Part shown: piece after piece, positions 1-9,446 of the stretch
Position numbering within the stretch: position 1 is the first letter of the stretch
Layout of the letters: each line of letters starts with the position of its first letter
From: a bacterium
GTDB lineage: Bacteria > Fidelibacterota > Marinisomatia > Marinisomatales > UBA1611
Direction of reading: 5' to 3'
Length of the DNA stretch: 51,916 nucleotides
Assembly: GCA_038127595.1 (NCBI GenBank)
Contig: JAYPIC010000004.1
Location: 1 to 51,916 of the forward strand
Made by a program: the position numbers and the translations under genes
The notes under the pieces: model-generated
Told to the model about the DNA's origin: nothing
The model's input: only the letters and a program-made list of their open reading frames with translations
Database searches by the model: none

Positions 1-2
1 GT

Positions 3-845
3 ACAGGAAAATATTCATTTGATGAAAATAATTTTCAAAAGATCAAATTTGAAAACTTTTTTCAAAAAGACTTATTTGAATTGAGTTTAGATATAGATTA
101 TAAAAATAGCTTTAAATTAGACCTGATTAATTATTCTAAACTTGAAAATGATATTGCCAATATATCTCTAACTCTTCAAAAACAAAAAGACAAAACACAA
201 ATTAAAAAATTTAATTATGAAGAAGGAAGTAATTTTTTTAAAATAGATGACCTGATATTTAAAAAAAACAATCTATCATCATTTAAAAAAATTGAGGTAA
301 AAACTCCAAATAATAATTTCTTGATACAGAATAAAGGTAAAATTCTTATCATTGGAGATAAATTTGATGCAACTAATTTAGCAAAATTTTTAAATAATCA
401 AACTGGTGAAAGTAAACTTCAAAAAATAAATAGTCTAATTGAGATTGATTTTAAAGAAATTAAAGTGCCAGTATCAGAAAAACTACAAAACTTTAAATTA
501 TTAGGTGAAATTCAGAAAGGGCAATTCGTTAAAATTACATCTAAAGGCGATTTTGGTGGTAATAATTTTTTGGATATAACAATGAAAAAAGATAAGAACA
601 GTAATAGAAAGTATTTAGAAATTTACTCGGATTTAACTCGACCTCTATTAACCGAATATAGTTTTTTTAACGGTTTGTCAGGAGGAAAATTATTGTTCAG
701 CTCAATAATTGATGGACCAAAATCTAATTCAAAACTCAAAATTGAAAATTTTAAAGTAGTAAATGCTCCTGGTGTTATCAAATTATTATCTTTAGCCGAT
801 CTTGGAGGTTTAGCTGATTTAGCTGAAGGAGATGGAATATCTTTT
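3..845 (+). CDS. AsmA/YhdP-like protein fragment resembling Pelagibacterales proteins; open at the window edge and cut off at the junction with cca
   Basis: Frame is open from nt 3 (TGKYSFDENNF...), so the ORF is 5'-partial. Lys/Asn-rich beta-strand sequence ending KIENFKVVNAPGVIKLLSLADLGGLADLAEGDGISF, which I recognise as the alphaproteobacterial AsmA-like C-terminal region. More AT-rich than the downstream DNA. Confidence 0.65.
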
Positions 846-2069
846 GCTAAAAAGCTTGCAGGAGAAATTGGTGTAAAAAAAATTGTTCCGTTCAATAAAT
901 TTGGAACTGCATTGATACCTCACAGGTCTTTTCAAATTGAAATTGCTAGTTCAAGATCTGAGATTTATGAAAAAGGTTCTCGAAGTCCATCTAAAGTGGA
1001 GTTTGCAAGTTTAGAGGAAGATTTAAAAAGGAGAGATTTTACGATCAATGCAATGGCAATGGATATTCACCCTGATCATTTTGGTAAAGTCTATGACCCA
1101 TTTAAGGGTAAAGATGATCTAGAAAATAATCTATTAAAAACTCCACTAGACCCTGAACAAACTTTTTCTGATGATCCATTGAGAATGATGAGAGCGGCTT
1201 ATTTCGCATCCAAATTGAATTTCAAACTTGATTCGGCATGTAGGACAGCTATTAAAAACCAGGCAATAAAAATAAATATAGTTTCGTGGGAGAGAATAAG
1301 AGACGAATTAATTAAGATTTTATCTACTGAGAAACCCTCTATTGGGTTAGTCATTATGCAGAAAACTGGGCTATTGAAAACTGTTTTTCCCGAAATAGAT
1401 GTGATGTATGATATGGATCAATCTCCAGAGTGGCATCATAAAGATATTTTTGCTCATACCTTACAAGTTGTAGACAACGCAGCAAAATTAACAAATAAAA
1501 TGGAAATCAGGTTTGCTGCCTTAGTTCATGATATTGCTAAACCTCCAACAAGGAGAATTGACCCTAAAAGAGGGTATACTTTTCATGGTCATGATGCTGT
1601 TGGTGAAAGAATGCTACATAAAGTTTCAAAAAGGCTTCGTCTTTCAAATCAATTATCCAACTATTTAAAAAAATTAACATTGTTACATTTAAGACCGATT
1701 GCACTTGCTAAAAATGGTGTCACTGATTCAGCTGTTAGAAGATTAATGGTCTCAGCTGGCTCTGAAATAGATGATTTGATGACTTTATGCAGAGCTGATA
1801 TCACTACAAAAAACCCTAAGCTTGTAAAAAGATATTTAAGGAATTTTGATCTTGTGGAAGATAGAATGAAGGTAGTGCTAAACAAAGATTCAGCAAAAAA
1901 GTTTCAAAGTCCAGTTAGGGGTTTGGAGATAATGGAAATCTTTAATATAGAAGAAGGTAAAAAGGTTGGTGAATTAAAAAAATCTGTCGAGGATGCAATT
2001 TTAGATGGCGTCATAAATAACACATATGAAGATGCTAAACAATTTTTGCTGGAACAAAAAGAAAAGTAA
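825..2069 (+). CDS. cca: CCA-adding tRNA nucleotidyltransferase with HD domain (class II), missing its N-terminal catalytic GGxVRD/DxD segment
   Basis: Motifs EGDGISFAKKLA, FGTA, EDLKRRDFTINAMA, DDPLRMMRA, SWERIRDEL and HD-domain motifs HHKDIFAHT, LVHDIAKP, FHGH. Motif A is absent upstream of nt 825. Confidence 0.85.
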   Translation, partial: EGDGISFAKKLAGEIGVKKIVPFNKFGTALIPHRSFQIEIASSRSEIYEKGSRSPSKVEFASLEEDLKRRDFTINAMAMDIHPDHFGKVYDPFKGKDDLENNLLKTPLDPEQTFSDDPLRMMRAAYFASKLNFKLDSACRTAIKNQAIKINIVSWERIRDELIKILSTEKPSIGLVIMQKTGLLKTVFPEIDVMYDMDQSPEWHHKDIFAHTLQVVDNAAKLTNKMEIRFAALVHDIAKPPTRRIDPKRGYTFHGHDAVGERMLHKVSKRLRLSNQLSNYLKKLTLLHLRPIALAKNGVTDSAVRRLMVSAGSEIDDLMTLCRADITTKNPKLVKRYLRNFDLVEDRMKVVLNKDSAKKFQSPVRGLEIMEIFNIEEGKKVGELKKSVEDAILDGVINNTYEDAKQFLLEQKEK

Positions 2070-2165
2070 AAATCTTTTTTGTAACCTTAAATTAAATTCT
2101 TTTAAATTATGTGTATTAGGAACCAAAAATTTTAATAAAACTTAGATTTATAATTAGGAGATATT

Positions 2166-2468
2166 ATGACTTATATTATTGCAGAACCGTGTGTTAGTAC
2201 TTGTGATACTGCTTGTGTTGAAGTTTGTCCAGTTGATTGTATTCATGGGCCTGATGATAAAACCGGAGCAGGCGCTGAAGCTAAAGAGCCAGGCTTTGAC
2301 CCAGAAGGAAAACAATTATACATTAACCCAGAAGAATGTATAGATTGTGGTGCTTGCGAACCAGAGTGCCCAGTAGAAGCGATCTTTGAGGAGAGCGAAA
2401 TTCCAGAGGAATGGGCGAAGTTCATTCCTTTAAATTATGAATATTTTGGACAAGAATATTCCGGATAA
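2166..2468 (+). CDS. fdxA: Dicluster (7Fe/8Fe-type) ferredoxin
   Basis: CVSTCDTACVEVCPVDC and CIDCGACEPECP motifs; AGGAG RBS at 2156-2160. Confidence 0.92.
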   Translation: MTYIIAEPCVSTCDTACVEVCPVDCIHGPDDKTGAGAEAKEPGFDPEGKQLYINPEECIDCGACEPECPVEAIFEESEIPEEWAKFIPLNYEYFGQEYSG

Positions 2469-2489
2469 AGCTCACATAGAAAAAATAGC

Positions 2490-2520
2490 AAAAACGGTTG
2501 TTTCGGCAACCGTTTTTTTT
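2490..2520 (+). terminator. Rho-independent terminator after the ferredoxin gene
   Basis: AAAAACGGTTG-T-TTCG-G-CAACCGTTTTTTTT: stem with a UUCG loop followed by a T-tract. Confidence 0.85.
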
Positions 2521-2533
2521 ATTGATTCAGTTT

Positions 2534-3664
2534 ATGGATAAAGATAAAGTAAAAGAAATTCTATCTAAAATAAACTATCCTGGATTTAGCAGGGATATTG
2601 TTTCTTTTGGGATGGTGAGTGGTGTAGAAATTAATCCCAATGAGATTGTAATTAATCTAAGTATCACTTCACAAAATTCTGAAAAAAAATCAATATTAGT
2701 TGGAGATATTGAAAAAAAATTAGGTGAATATTTTTCTTCTGTCATTGTAAACGTTGAAGAAAAAGTCCCAAATGTTCCTAGTCCAGGAGCTCAACCAGCT
2801 TCTCCAGAACCAGTTTTGCCAAATGTTAAACATGTAATTGCTGTTGCAAGTGGTAAGGGTGGAGTGGGGAAATCTACTGTTGCTTCCAATGTTGCCTGTG
2901 GTTTATGTGAAAAAGGTTTCAAAGTAGGTCTTTTAGATCTTGATATTTATGGTCCATCTTTGCCAATTACTCTTGGCATCAATAAACAACCAGAAATGAC
3001 AGATAGAAAGACTTTAGTTCCGATTGAAAAATACGGAATGAAAGTGATGAGCTTTGGCTTCATCAGTGGTAATGATACTCCGGTAATCTGGAGAGGACCT
3101 TTAGTTTCAAGGATGACAGAGCAGTTTTTTAAAGATGTTGAGTGGGGTGAGCTTGATTATTTGATTTTAGATTTACCTCCTGGTACTGGAGATGTTCAAT
3201 TAACTCTAACTCAAAAATTGCGTATGTCAGGAGCAATCATTGTTACTACTCCTCAAGATATAGCTCTCTCTGATGTCCGGAAAGGTGCGGACATGTTTAA
3301 AAAAGTTAAAACTCCCATATTGGGCGTAATTGAGAACATGTCAGGGTTGCATATTAGTGGGACTATCAAAGATGCTGATGGAAAAGAAATAACAGGCGGA
3401 ACAATTCATACTAATTTTAATTCAAGCTCTCAAATTGATGATAATGGTAATTATGAGCTCCGGTTAGATTTATTTAAAAAGGGTGGTGGCTTAAGCGAGA
3501 GCGAGCGTTTGGGCATTCCGTTATTAGGGCAGATTCCAATTTCAAACGATATCGTAAGCGCTACTGATGATGGCGAGCCTTTGATTCTTAAAAACCCTGA
3601 GCATGATGCTTCCAAGGTTTATACTTCAATTATTGATAAAATGATTACTATTCTTGATAAATAA
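2534..3664 (+). CDS. mrp: Mrp/ApbC (NBP35 family) P-loop ATPase, Fe-S carrier homologue with N-terminal FeS_assembly_P domain
   Basis: SGKGGVGKST, DLDIYGPS, WRGP, DLPPGTGD, VTTPQ, ENMS. Start moved to ATG 2534 because the TTG at 2498 lies inside the terminator. Confidence 0.92.
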   Translation: MDKDKVKEILSKINYPGFSRDIVSFGMVSGVEINPNEIVINLSITSQNSEKKSILVGDIEKKLGEYFSSVIVNVEEKVPNVPSPGAQPASPEPVLPNVKHVIAVASGKGGVGKSTVASNVACGLCEKGFKVGLLDLDIYGPSLPITLGINKQPEMTDRKTLVPIEKYGMKVMSFGFISGNDTPVIWRGPLVSRMTEQFFKDVEWGELDYLILDLPPGTGDVQLTLTQKLRMSGAIIVTTPQDIALSDVRKGADMFKKVKTPILGVIENMSGLHISGTIKDADGKEITGGTIHTNFNSSSQIDDNGNYELRLDLFKKGGGLSESERLGIPLLGQIPISNDIVSATDDGEPLILKNPEHDASKVYTSIIDKMITILDK

Positions 3665-3768
3665 AAGTTTGGAACTATTCAGTAATCTCTAAGGTATAAA
3701 TCAATTATAATTCCTATACTTCATACCTGAATATTTGAGTATTTATCAATTATTCTTACCCTATTAAA

Positions 3769-4518
3769 ATGAACGTAGAAAACATAGACAAAAGTCACTT
3801 AAAAAATGTGCCAAAACATATCGCCATTATTATGGATGGTAATGGTAGGTGGGCAAAAGAAAGAGGTCTCCCAAGGATAGCTGGGCATCGAGAGGGGATT
3901 AATTCTGTTCGTGAGATAACTCGGATATGTGGTGAGATTGGAGTTGAATACTTAACGTTATTTACATTTTCTACAGAAAATTGGAATAGGCCAAAAAGAG
4001 AAGTAAAGGCTTTAATGACTCTTTTATTATCAACCATAAAAAAAGAAATTAAAGAATTGCACAAAAACAATGTAAAGTTCTCAACCATAGGAGATATTTC
4101 AATTTTACCAGAAAGTACAGTTAAGGGGATTAAAGAAGGTATAAAACTAACAAATGATAATTCAGGATTGAATTTAGTATTAGCCCTAAACTATGGTAGC
4201 AGGCAGGAAATTTTATCAGCAGTGAATAATATTATCAATGACATAAATAACAACAATTTGGATGCTAATTCAATTGATGAGAATATTTTTTCTTCTTATC
4301 TTGATACAAATAATTGTCCAGATCCTGACCTTTTGATTCGTACTAGCGGAGAGTTACGGATTAGTAATTTTTTATTATGGCAATCAGCATATACTGAAAT
4401 GTATTTAACAGATACTTATTGGCCTTCATTTCGCGAAAATGAACTTTTTCAAGCAATTTTCGAATTTCAAAATAGGGAACGAAGGTTTGGAAAAATCAGT
4501 GAGCAAGTAGAGAACTAA
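3769..4518 (+). CDS. uppS: Undecaprenyl diphosphate synthase
   Basis: HIAIIMDGNGRWA, FSTENWNRP, NYGSR, DLLIRTSGELRISNFLLWQ, RRFG. Confidence 0.97.
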   Translation: MNVENIDKSHLKNVPKHIAIIMDGNGRWAKERGLPRIAGHREGINSVREITRICGEIGVEYLTLFTFSTENWNRPKREVKALMTLLLSTIKKEIKELHKNNVKFSTIGDISILPESTVKGIKEGIKLTNDNSGLNLVLALNYGSRQEILSAVNNIINDINNNNLDANSIDENIFSSYLDTNNCPDPDLLIRTSGELRISNFLLWQSAYTEMYLTDTYWPSFRENELFQAIFEFQNRERRFGKISEQVEN

Positions 4519-4519
4519 A

Positions 4520-6928
4520 ATGAAAAATATTGTCATTATATTTTTGATATTTACAGCTCTGTTTGCTCAATCAAATCAAGAGTTTATCCTTAAAGATGTT
4601 AAGGTTGAGGGAAATGTTGTATCAACAGCAAATACAATAATATTTACTTCAGGTTTAAGAAAAGGAACAAAAGTTTCATCCGCAGAATTTCCTAGGGCTA
4701 TTAAAAGATTATGGCAGTTGGGGCTTTTTAATGATGTTCAGATCAAATATGATGAAGAGGCTGGTAATGAAGTAAGTATAACCATTATGGTATTAGAGTC
4801 TAATATTGTGGGCGATATTAAGTATATCGGTAATAAAAAAATCAAAGATAGCAAGTTTAAGGAAGAACTTGATCTTAATACTGGGCAAAGAATTAAGCCT
4901 AATATGATCCATGAAAAAATAAACAAAATAAAAAAGCTCTATGCTGAAAAAGGATACTTAAAAGTTGATATTAAAGCGGATTTAATTAATTCTGAAACGA
5001 AGCAAAATATTTTTGATGGCAAAGCTAAAGCCATAACGAAAGATGTTGTTTTTACGATAAATGAAAACGAAAAAATTAAATTAAGGAATATTTACTTTAA
5101 TGGTAATGAGGCTTACTCAGATTTAAGATTAAGAATGCTTATGAAGGAGACAAAGCAGCAAAGGTGGTATTACTTTTGGAGGACTGCATTTGATAAAGAA
5201 AAACTTGAGCTTGATAAAGAAAAAGTAATTGAATTTTATCACAATAAGGGGCACAGAGATTTTTCTATTTTATCGGACTCTATAATCTATGACGGTAAGA
5301 GTAAATATTTGGATATTGTACTTAATGTTGATGAAGGTCCAAAGTATAAGTATAGAGATTTCACTTGGGAAGGGCAGTCTTTATACTCAGAGGAAATTTT
5401 ATCTAGAGCCTTAGGCCTTACTAAAGGAGACAACTACAGCGAAGAAAGTTTTTCAAGAGCTGTCTATGATCGTATGCAAGGTTTATATATGGACAAAGGC
5501 TATATATATAGTAGAATAGATCCTGAAATAACTCCTGTAGGGAATGATTCTCTTGATGTCCATTTTGTAATTGCAGAAAATCATAAAGTTTATATAAGAA
5601 ATATTTCCATAAAAGGTAATGATAGAACCAGAGAGAATGTTATTAGAAGAATTATGAGAATCTATCCTGGAGATGTATTTAATAAGGAGAGACTATTAAG
5701 AACTCATAGAGAAATAATGATGTTGAATTATTTTTCAAATGTGGTCCCTGATGTAGTCCCTGTTGATGATGATCAAGTTGATATTGAAGTTACTGTTGAG
5801 GAAAAATCATCAGGTCAAGCCAATATGAATATGGGATTTAGTCAAGCTTACGGAGTTACTGGGGGAGGGGGATTCTCTCTTCCTAATTTTAGAGGCAGAG
5901 GTCAACACTTAGCACTGTCTTTTGAAGTTGGTGCGGCTAATTATAATCAAACATATTTTGGTAGTAGCTATAAACCTCAAAAAAGAGAAAGAGCATCTAT
6001 TAGTTTCACTGACCCAATGGTCAATGATACAAATAATCTTTTAAGTGGTTCTCTTTTTTACAGTTTTTCTGGAAGATCATCGATGAATTACGCTCCACTA
6101 GATATGATAACAAAAGGTGGAAGTTTCAGGTGGGGCCGCAGGTTTAAATGGCCAGATGACTACTTTAGAGGCAGCTGGTCGTTTACAGCCCACCAGCGAA
6201 TTTATGAAGCAGATACATATGAACAGCTTCAGCTTTATACAGGAGGTTTAAATGAAACTGTTGGCGTAAGCATATCGCAATCTATTAGCCGTGATAGTAG
6301 AGATCATCCTGAATTTCCTACAATTGGATCTTTGATGGCGATCAGTAGTAGTTTGTCTGGTGGACCTCTTGGGGGGAATGAAGACTTTCATAAACATGTA
6401 TTGAATCTTGAATGGTATACCCCTACTGTTTGGAAATTTGTTTTGATGAGTTCTGTAAAAATTGGTGGTATTAAAACATTACCATCTACAGATGGTGAGC
6501 GTTCAATAGTTCCATTTAATGAAAGGTTTATCATGGGGGGAAGTGGCATGGTATATGGTAATCCACTTAGAGGTTATGAAGACAACAGAGTTGGCCCACT
6601 AACGTCAAGCGGAGGTCCTTTCGGTGGAAATGCTCTAATAAAAATAACATCAGAATTTCGGGTCCCTTTCTCAGAAAATCCTGTAGTGTATGGAATGTTA
6701 TTTGCTGAGATGGGTAACGTATGGATTGAATCTCATTTGCAAGAGAAGTTTAACTTAGCTAGAATTGGGCCATTAGATTTAAAACGTTCTGCAGGAGTAG
6801 GCATAAGGTTTTTTATGCCAATGATTGGGAAGTTAGGATTTGACTTTGGGTATGGCTTTGATGATCTTGATGGAGATGGCCAGGCAGAGGGATGGAAATC
6901 ATCGATTACAATCGGGCAGCAATTTTAA
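4520..6928 (+). CDS. bamA: Outer membrane protein assembly factor BamA
   Basis: Signal peptide, POTRA repeats (GNxxTRENVIRR), LRGY loop motif, C-terminal Phe; uppS/skp context. Confidence 0.95.
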   Translation: MKNIVIIFLIFTALFAQSNQEFILKDVKVEGNVVSTANTIIFTSGLRKGTKVSSAEFPRAIKRLWQLGLFNDVQIKYDEEAGNEVSITIMVLESNIVGDIKYIGNKKIKDSKFKEELDLNTGQRIKPNMIHEKINKIKKLYAEKGYLKVDIKADLINSETKQNIFDGKAKAITKDVVFTINENEKIKLRNIYFNGNEAYSDLRLRMLMKETKQQRWYYFWRTAFDKEKLELDKEKVIEFYHNKGHRDFSILSDSIIYDGKSKYLDIVLNVDEGPKYKYRDFTWEGQSLYSEEILSRALGLTKGDNYSEESFSRAVYDRMQGLYMDKGYIYSRIDPEITPVGNDSLDVHFVIAENHKVYIRNISIKGNDRTRENVIRRIMRIYPGDVFNKERLLRTHREIMMLNYFSNVVPDVVPVDDDQVDIEVTVEEKSSGQANMNMGFSQAYGVTGGGGFSLPNFRGRGQHLALSFEVGAANYNQTYFGSSYKPQKRERASISFTDPMVNDTNNLLSGSLFYSFSGRSSMNYAPLDMITKGGSFRWGRRFKWPDDYFRGSWSFTAHQRIYEADTYEQLQLYTGGLNETVGVSISQSISRDSRDHPEFPTIGSLMAISSSLSGGPLGGNEDFHKHVLNLEWYTPTVWKFVLMSSVKIGGIKTLPSTDGERSIVPFNERFIMGGSGMVYGNPLRGYEDNRVGPLTSSGGPFGGNALIKITSEFRVPFSENPVVYGMLFAEMGNVWIESHLQEKFNLARIGPLDLKRSAGVGIRFFMPMIGKLGFDFGYGFDDLDGDGQAEGWKSSITIGQQF

Positions 6929-6946
6929 AAATTAAATAAACATAGG

Positions 6947-7474
6947 GTGAGTATAATGAAGAAAGTGATCATTTTTTATATACTATTAATAGGCATGACA
7001 GCAAGTTTGAGTGCTCAACTTAAAATCGGATATATTTTATCAGAAAGAATTCGTGGTGAATATGAGGAGTTTAAAGAAGCAGAGTCTCAATTACAGCTTG
7101 AGTACAGAAAAGTACAATTTGAGTTTGATCAGAGAGTAAAAAAATTAGATAGTCTCAAGCAAGATTATGAAGTTAAAAGGTTAATGTCTCTTGATAAAGG
7201 TGAGAGTATTAAGCAAGAGATTGAACAGACAGAAAAACAGATTCAAACTTATCAAGCAGAGAAAGTTGGTCCGCAGGGTGAACTAATGAGAAAACAAGCG
7301 CAGATGGAGTATGATATTCTTGGTAAAGTAAAAAAAGCTGTAGATAAAGTCGCTATTAATGGTGGCTATGATTACATCATTGATGCATCAGTTGGATTAC
7401 TTTATTACAAGCCCAAATATGATTTGACTGATGATGTTTTGCACGAGCTTAGAAAACTAGATAATTCAAAATAG
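6947..7474 (+). CDS. skp: Periplasmic chaperone Skp/OmpH
   Basis: Signal peptide, KIGY, coiled-coil core, GYDYIID...YDLTDDVL; follows bamA. Confidence 0.9.
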   Translation: MSIMKKVIIFYILLIGMTASLSAQLKIGYILSERIRGEYEEFKEAESQLQLEYRKVQFEFDQRVKKLDSLKQDYEVKRLMSLDKGESIKQEIEQTEKQIQTYQAEKVGPQGELMRKQAQMEYDILGKVKKAVDKVAINGGYDYIIDASVGLLYYKPKYDLTDDVLHELRKLDNSK

Positions 7475-7481
7475 ACACTAC

Positions 7482-8495
7482 TTGAAGTTTAGTTTAGAAG
7501 AGATTGCATTGCATGTTGATGGGACTGTTCTGGGTGATTCAAGTATTCAAATATCTGAAGTTGCTGAAATACAAAATGCCAGAGTTGGCAGTATTACTTT
7601 CTTAAGCAATCAAATGTATAATAAATATCTTAATACAACTGAGGCATCAGCAATATTTGTTTCTGATGAGAAATTAGTTCAACATAGAAACGGTATTTTG
7701 GTAGATAATCCCCAGTTAGCTATTGCAAAAACGCTTACGCTGTTTTTCCCTAAAGAAGTTCATTCTCAAGATATTCACTCTAGGTCTAATATTGATTCCT
7801 CAGCTAAGATTGGCAAGAACGTAACAGTACAAGCTGGGGCAGTGATTGAAAATGGAGTAGTAATTGGGGACGATGTTTTTATAGGTGCAAATGTCTTTAT
7901 TGGTAAAAACTCTAAAATAGGTTCTGATTGCAGGATTTATCAGAATGTAGTCATTTATCATTCAACAATCATTGGAGATCGCTCAATTATACATGGGTCA
8001 GTAGTTTTGGGTTGCGATGGTTTTGGCTTTGTACCAGGTGAAAACCAACATTTTAAAATACCCCAAACTGGTAGAGTAGTCATAGGAGAAGATGTTGAAA
8101 TAGGAGCCAATTCTGTCATCGATAGAGCTACTATAGGAGAAACAATAATTGATAAAATGACTAAAATAGATAATTTAGTTCATGTTGGACATAATGTTCA
8201 GATCGGCAAAGCATGTTTAATTACCGCTCAAGTTGGTATTGCTGGTAGCACTAAAGTGGGTGATAATTCTCAAATGGGAGGGCAGGCAGGAGTAGTCCCT
8301 CATGTTGAGATAGGCCCTAACTCAATCATTGCAGCTAAATCTGGTGTAACAAAATCATTAACAGGTAACCAAATGTATGGTGGATACCCAGCTAGACCGA
8401 TAAGAGATCAGCACAAAAGAGATGCTGTGCATCGTGAAGTTTCTCGGCTAAAACAAAAGGTTCAACAATTAATTCAAGGCTCTGAAAGAAACTAA
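7482..8495 (+). CDS. lpxD: UDP-3-O-acylglucosamine N-acyltransferase
   Basis: Hexapeptide repeats, DGFGF, KIPQTG, IDRA, KIDNLVHVGHNV. Confidence 0.96.
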   Translation: MKFSLEEIALHVDGTVLGDSSIQISEVAEIQNARVGSITFLSNQMYNKYLNTTEASAIFVSDEKLVQHRNGILVDNPQLAIAKTLTLFFPKEVHSQDIHSRSNIDSSAKIGKNVTVQAGAVIENGVVIGDDVFIGANVFIGKNSKIGSDCRIYQNVVIYHSTIIGDRSIIHGSVVLGCDGFGFVPGENQHFKIPQTGRVVIGEDVEIGANSVIDRATIGETIIDKMTKIDNLVHVGHNVQIGKACLITAQVGIAGSTKVGDNSQMGGQAGVVPHVEIGPNSIIAAKSGVTKSLTGNQMYGGYPARPIRDQHKRDAVHREVSRLKQKVQQLIQGSERN

Positions 8496-8498
8496 ATT

Positions 8499-9446
8499 AT
8501 GCATAGAAGACAAAGAACCATCCGTAATTCAAAGTCATGTAAAGGTGTAGGCTTACATACAGGAGTTGACAGTGTCCTTACATTTCATCCAGCGCCTGAA
8601 AATTATGGGATTAGATTCGTACGCTCTGATATTAAAGATTCGCCTGAAATAAAGGCAGATATAGATCATGTAGTAGATATTTCCAGAGGGACAACTATCG
8701 AACAAAATGATGTGCGAATACATACTGTAGAACATGCACTTGCAGCAGTTAATGGTTTAAGAATTGATAATGTCATGATAGAACTTAGTAATAAAGAAAC
8801 ACCTGTGATGGATGGGAGCGCAAAAGATTTTGTTGATGCCTTGTTAGATGCTGGTATTAAAAAGCAAGAAGCAAAAAGGAAGGTATTAAAAATAACTCGG
8901 GCTGTAAATTATACTGACTATTATAGAGATATAGATATTCACGTTATCCCTAGTGACAACTTTAGAGTTACTTTTTTAGTGGAATATCCTTTGCCAGCAT
9001 TGGGCACACAATATGAAGCAATATACAATATGGAAGAAGATTTTGCTTTTGAGGTAGCACCAGCAAGAACCTTTTGTTTTTTAAGTGAAATAGAGATGTT
9101 AAAAGAGCAGGGACTAATTAAAGGTGGAGCATTGGATAACGCTCTGGTGATTATTGATAAAAAAATCGATGATATTGAAATTAATCGATTAAGAGATTTA
9201 TTTGGTATAGAGGAAGCTATAGCTAAAGGGTCTAATGGTCTTTTAAACGGCAAGATTCTTCGCTTTAAAAATGAACCTGTCCGCCATAAAACACTTGACC
9301 TTATTGGAGATATTGCCCTTCTTGGCGTTCCAATCATTGGCCATATTACTGCTGCAAGAGCTGGACATGCTAGTAATGTTGAATTTGTAAAAAAGTTGAA
9401 AAAAGTTTATGCTAAAGAATTAGAAGAACTTTGGAAAGATGATTGA
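8499..9446 (+). CDS. lpxC: UDP-3-O-acyl-N-acetylglucosamine deacetylase
   Basis: GVGLHTG, TVEHALAA, MDGSA, ARTF, RHKTLDLIGD, GH. Confidence 0.96.
   Translation: MHRRQRTIRNSKSCKGVGLHTGVDSVLTFHPAPENYGIRFVRSDIKDSPEIKADIDHVVDISRGTTIEQNDVRIHTVEHALAAVNGLRIDNVMIELSNKETPVMDGSAKDFVDALLDAGIKKQEAKRKVLKITRAVNYTDYYRDIDIHVIPSDNFRVTFLVEYPLPALGTQYEAIYNMEEDFAFEVAPARTFCFLSEIEMLKEQGLIKGGALDNALVIIDKKIDDIEINRLRDLFGIEEAIAKGSNGLLNGKILRFKNEPVRHKTLDLIGDIALLGVPIIGHITAARAGHASNVEFVKKLKKVYAKELEELWKDD

Noticed and set aside
81-2069. A genuine novel 662-aa AsmA-CCA fusion protein
   Set aside because: The nucleotidyltransferase lacks its catalytic motif, the switch falls on a short shared sequence and composition changes there. 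A chimera is the simpler explanation.
2107-2116. TTATGTGTAT shared upstream of the ferredoxin gene and greA (about 46411) as a regulatory motif
   Set aside because: Only two occurrences of an AT-rich 10-mer, at different distances from the start codons; not distinguishable from chance without a genome-wide scan.
2498-2533. N-terminal extension of mrp from TTG 2498
   Set aside because: It lies inside the terminator hairpin; ATG 2534 matches the expected domain start.
9389-9395. A-AAA-AAG slippery heptamer near the end of lpxC as a programmed frameshift producing LpxC-FabZ
   Set aside because: A -1 shift enters a frame that stops within a few codons, while fabZ is in the +1 frame. Such A-runs are common in this AT-rich DNA.
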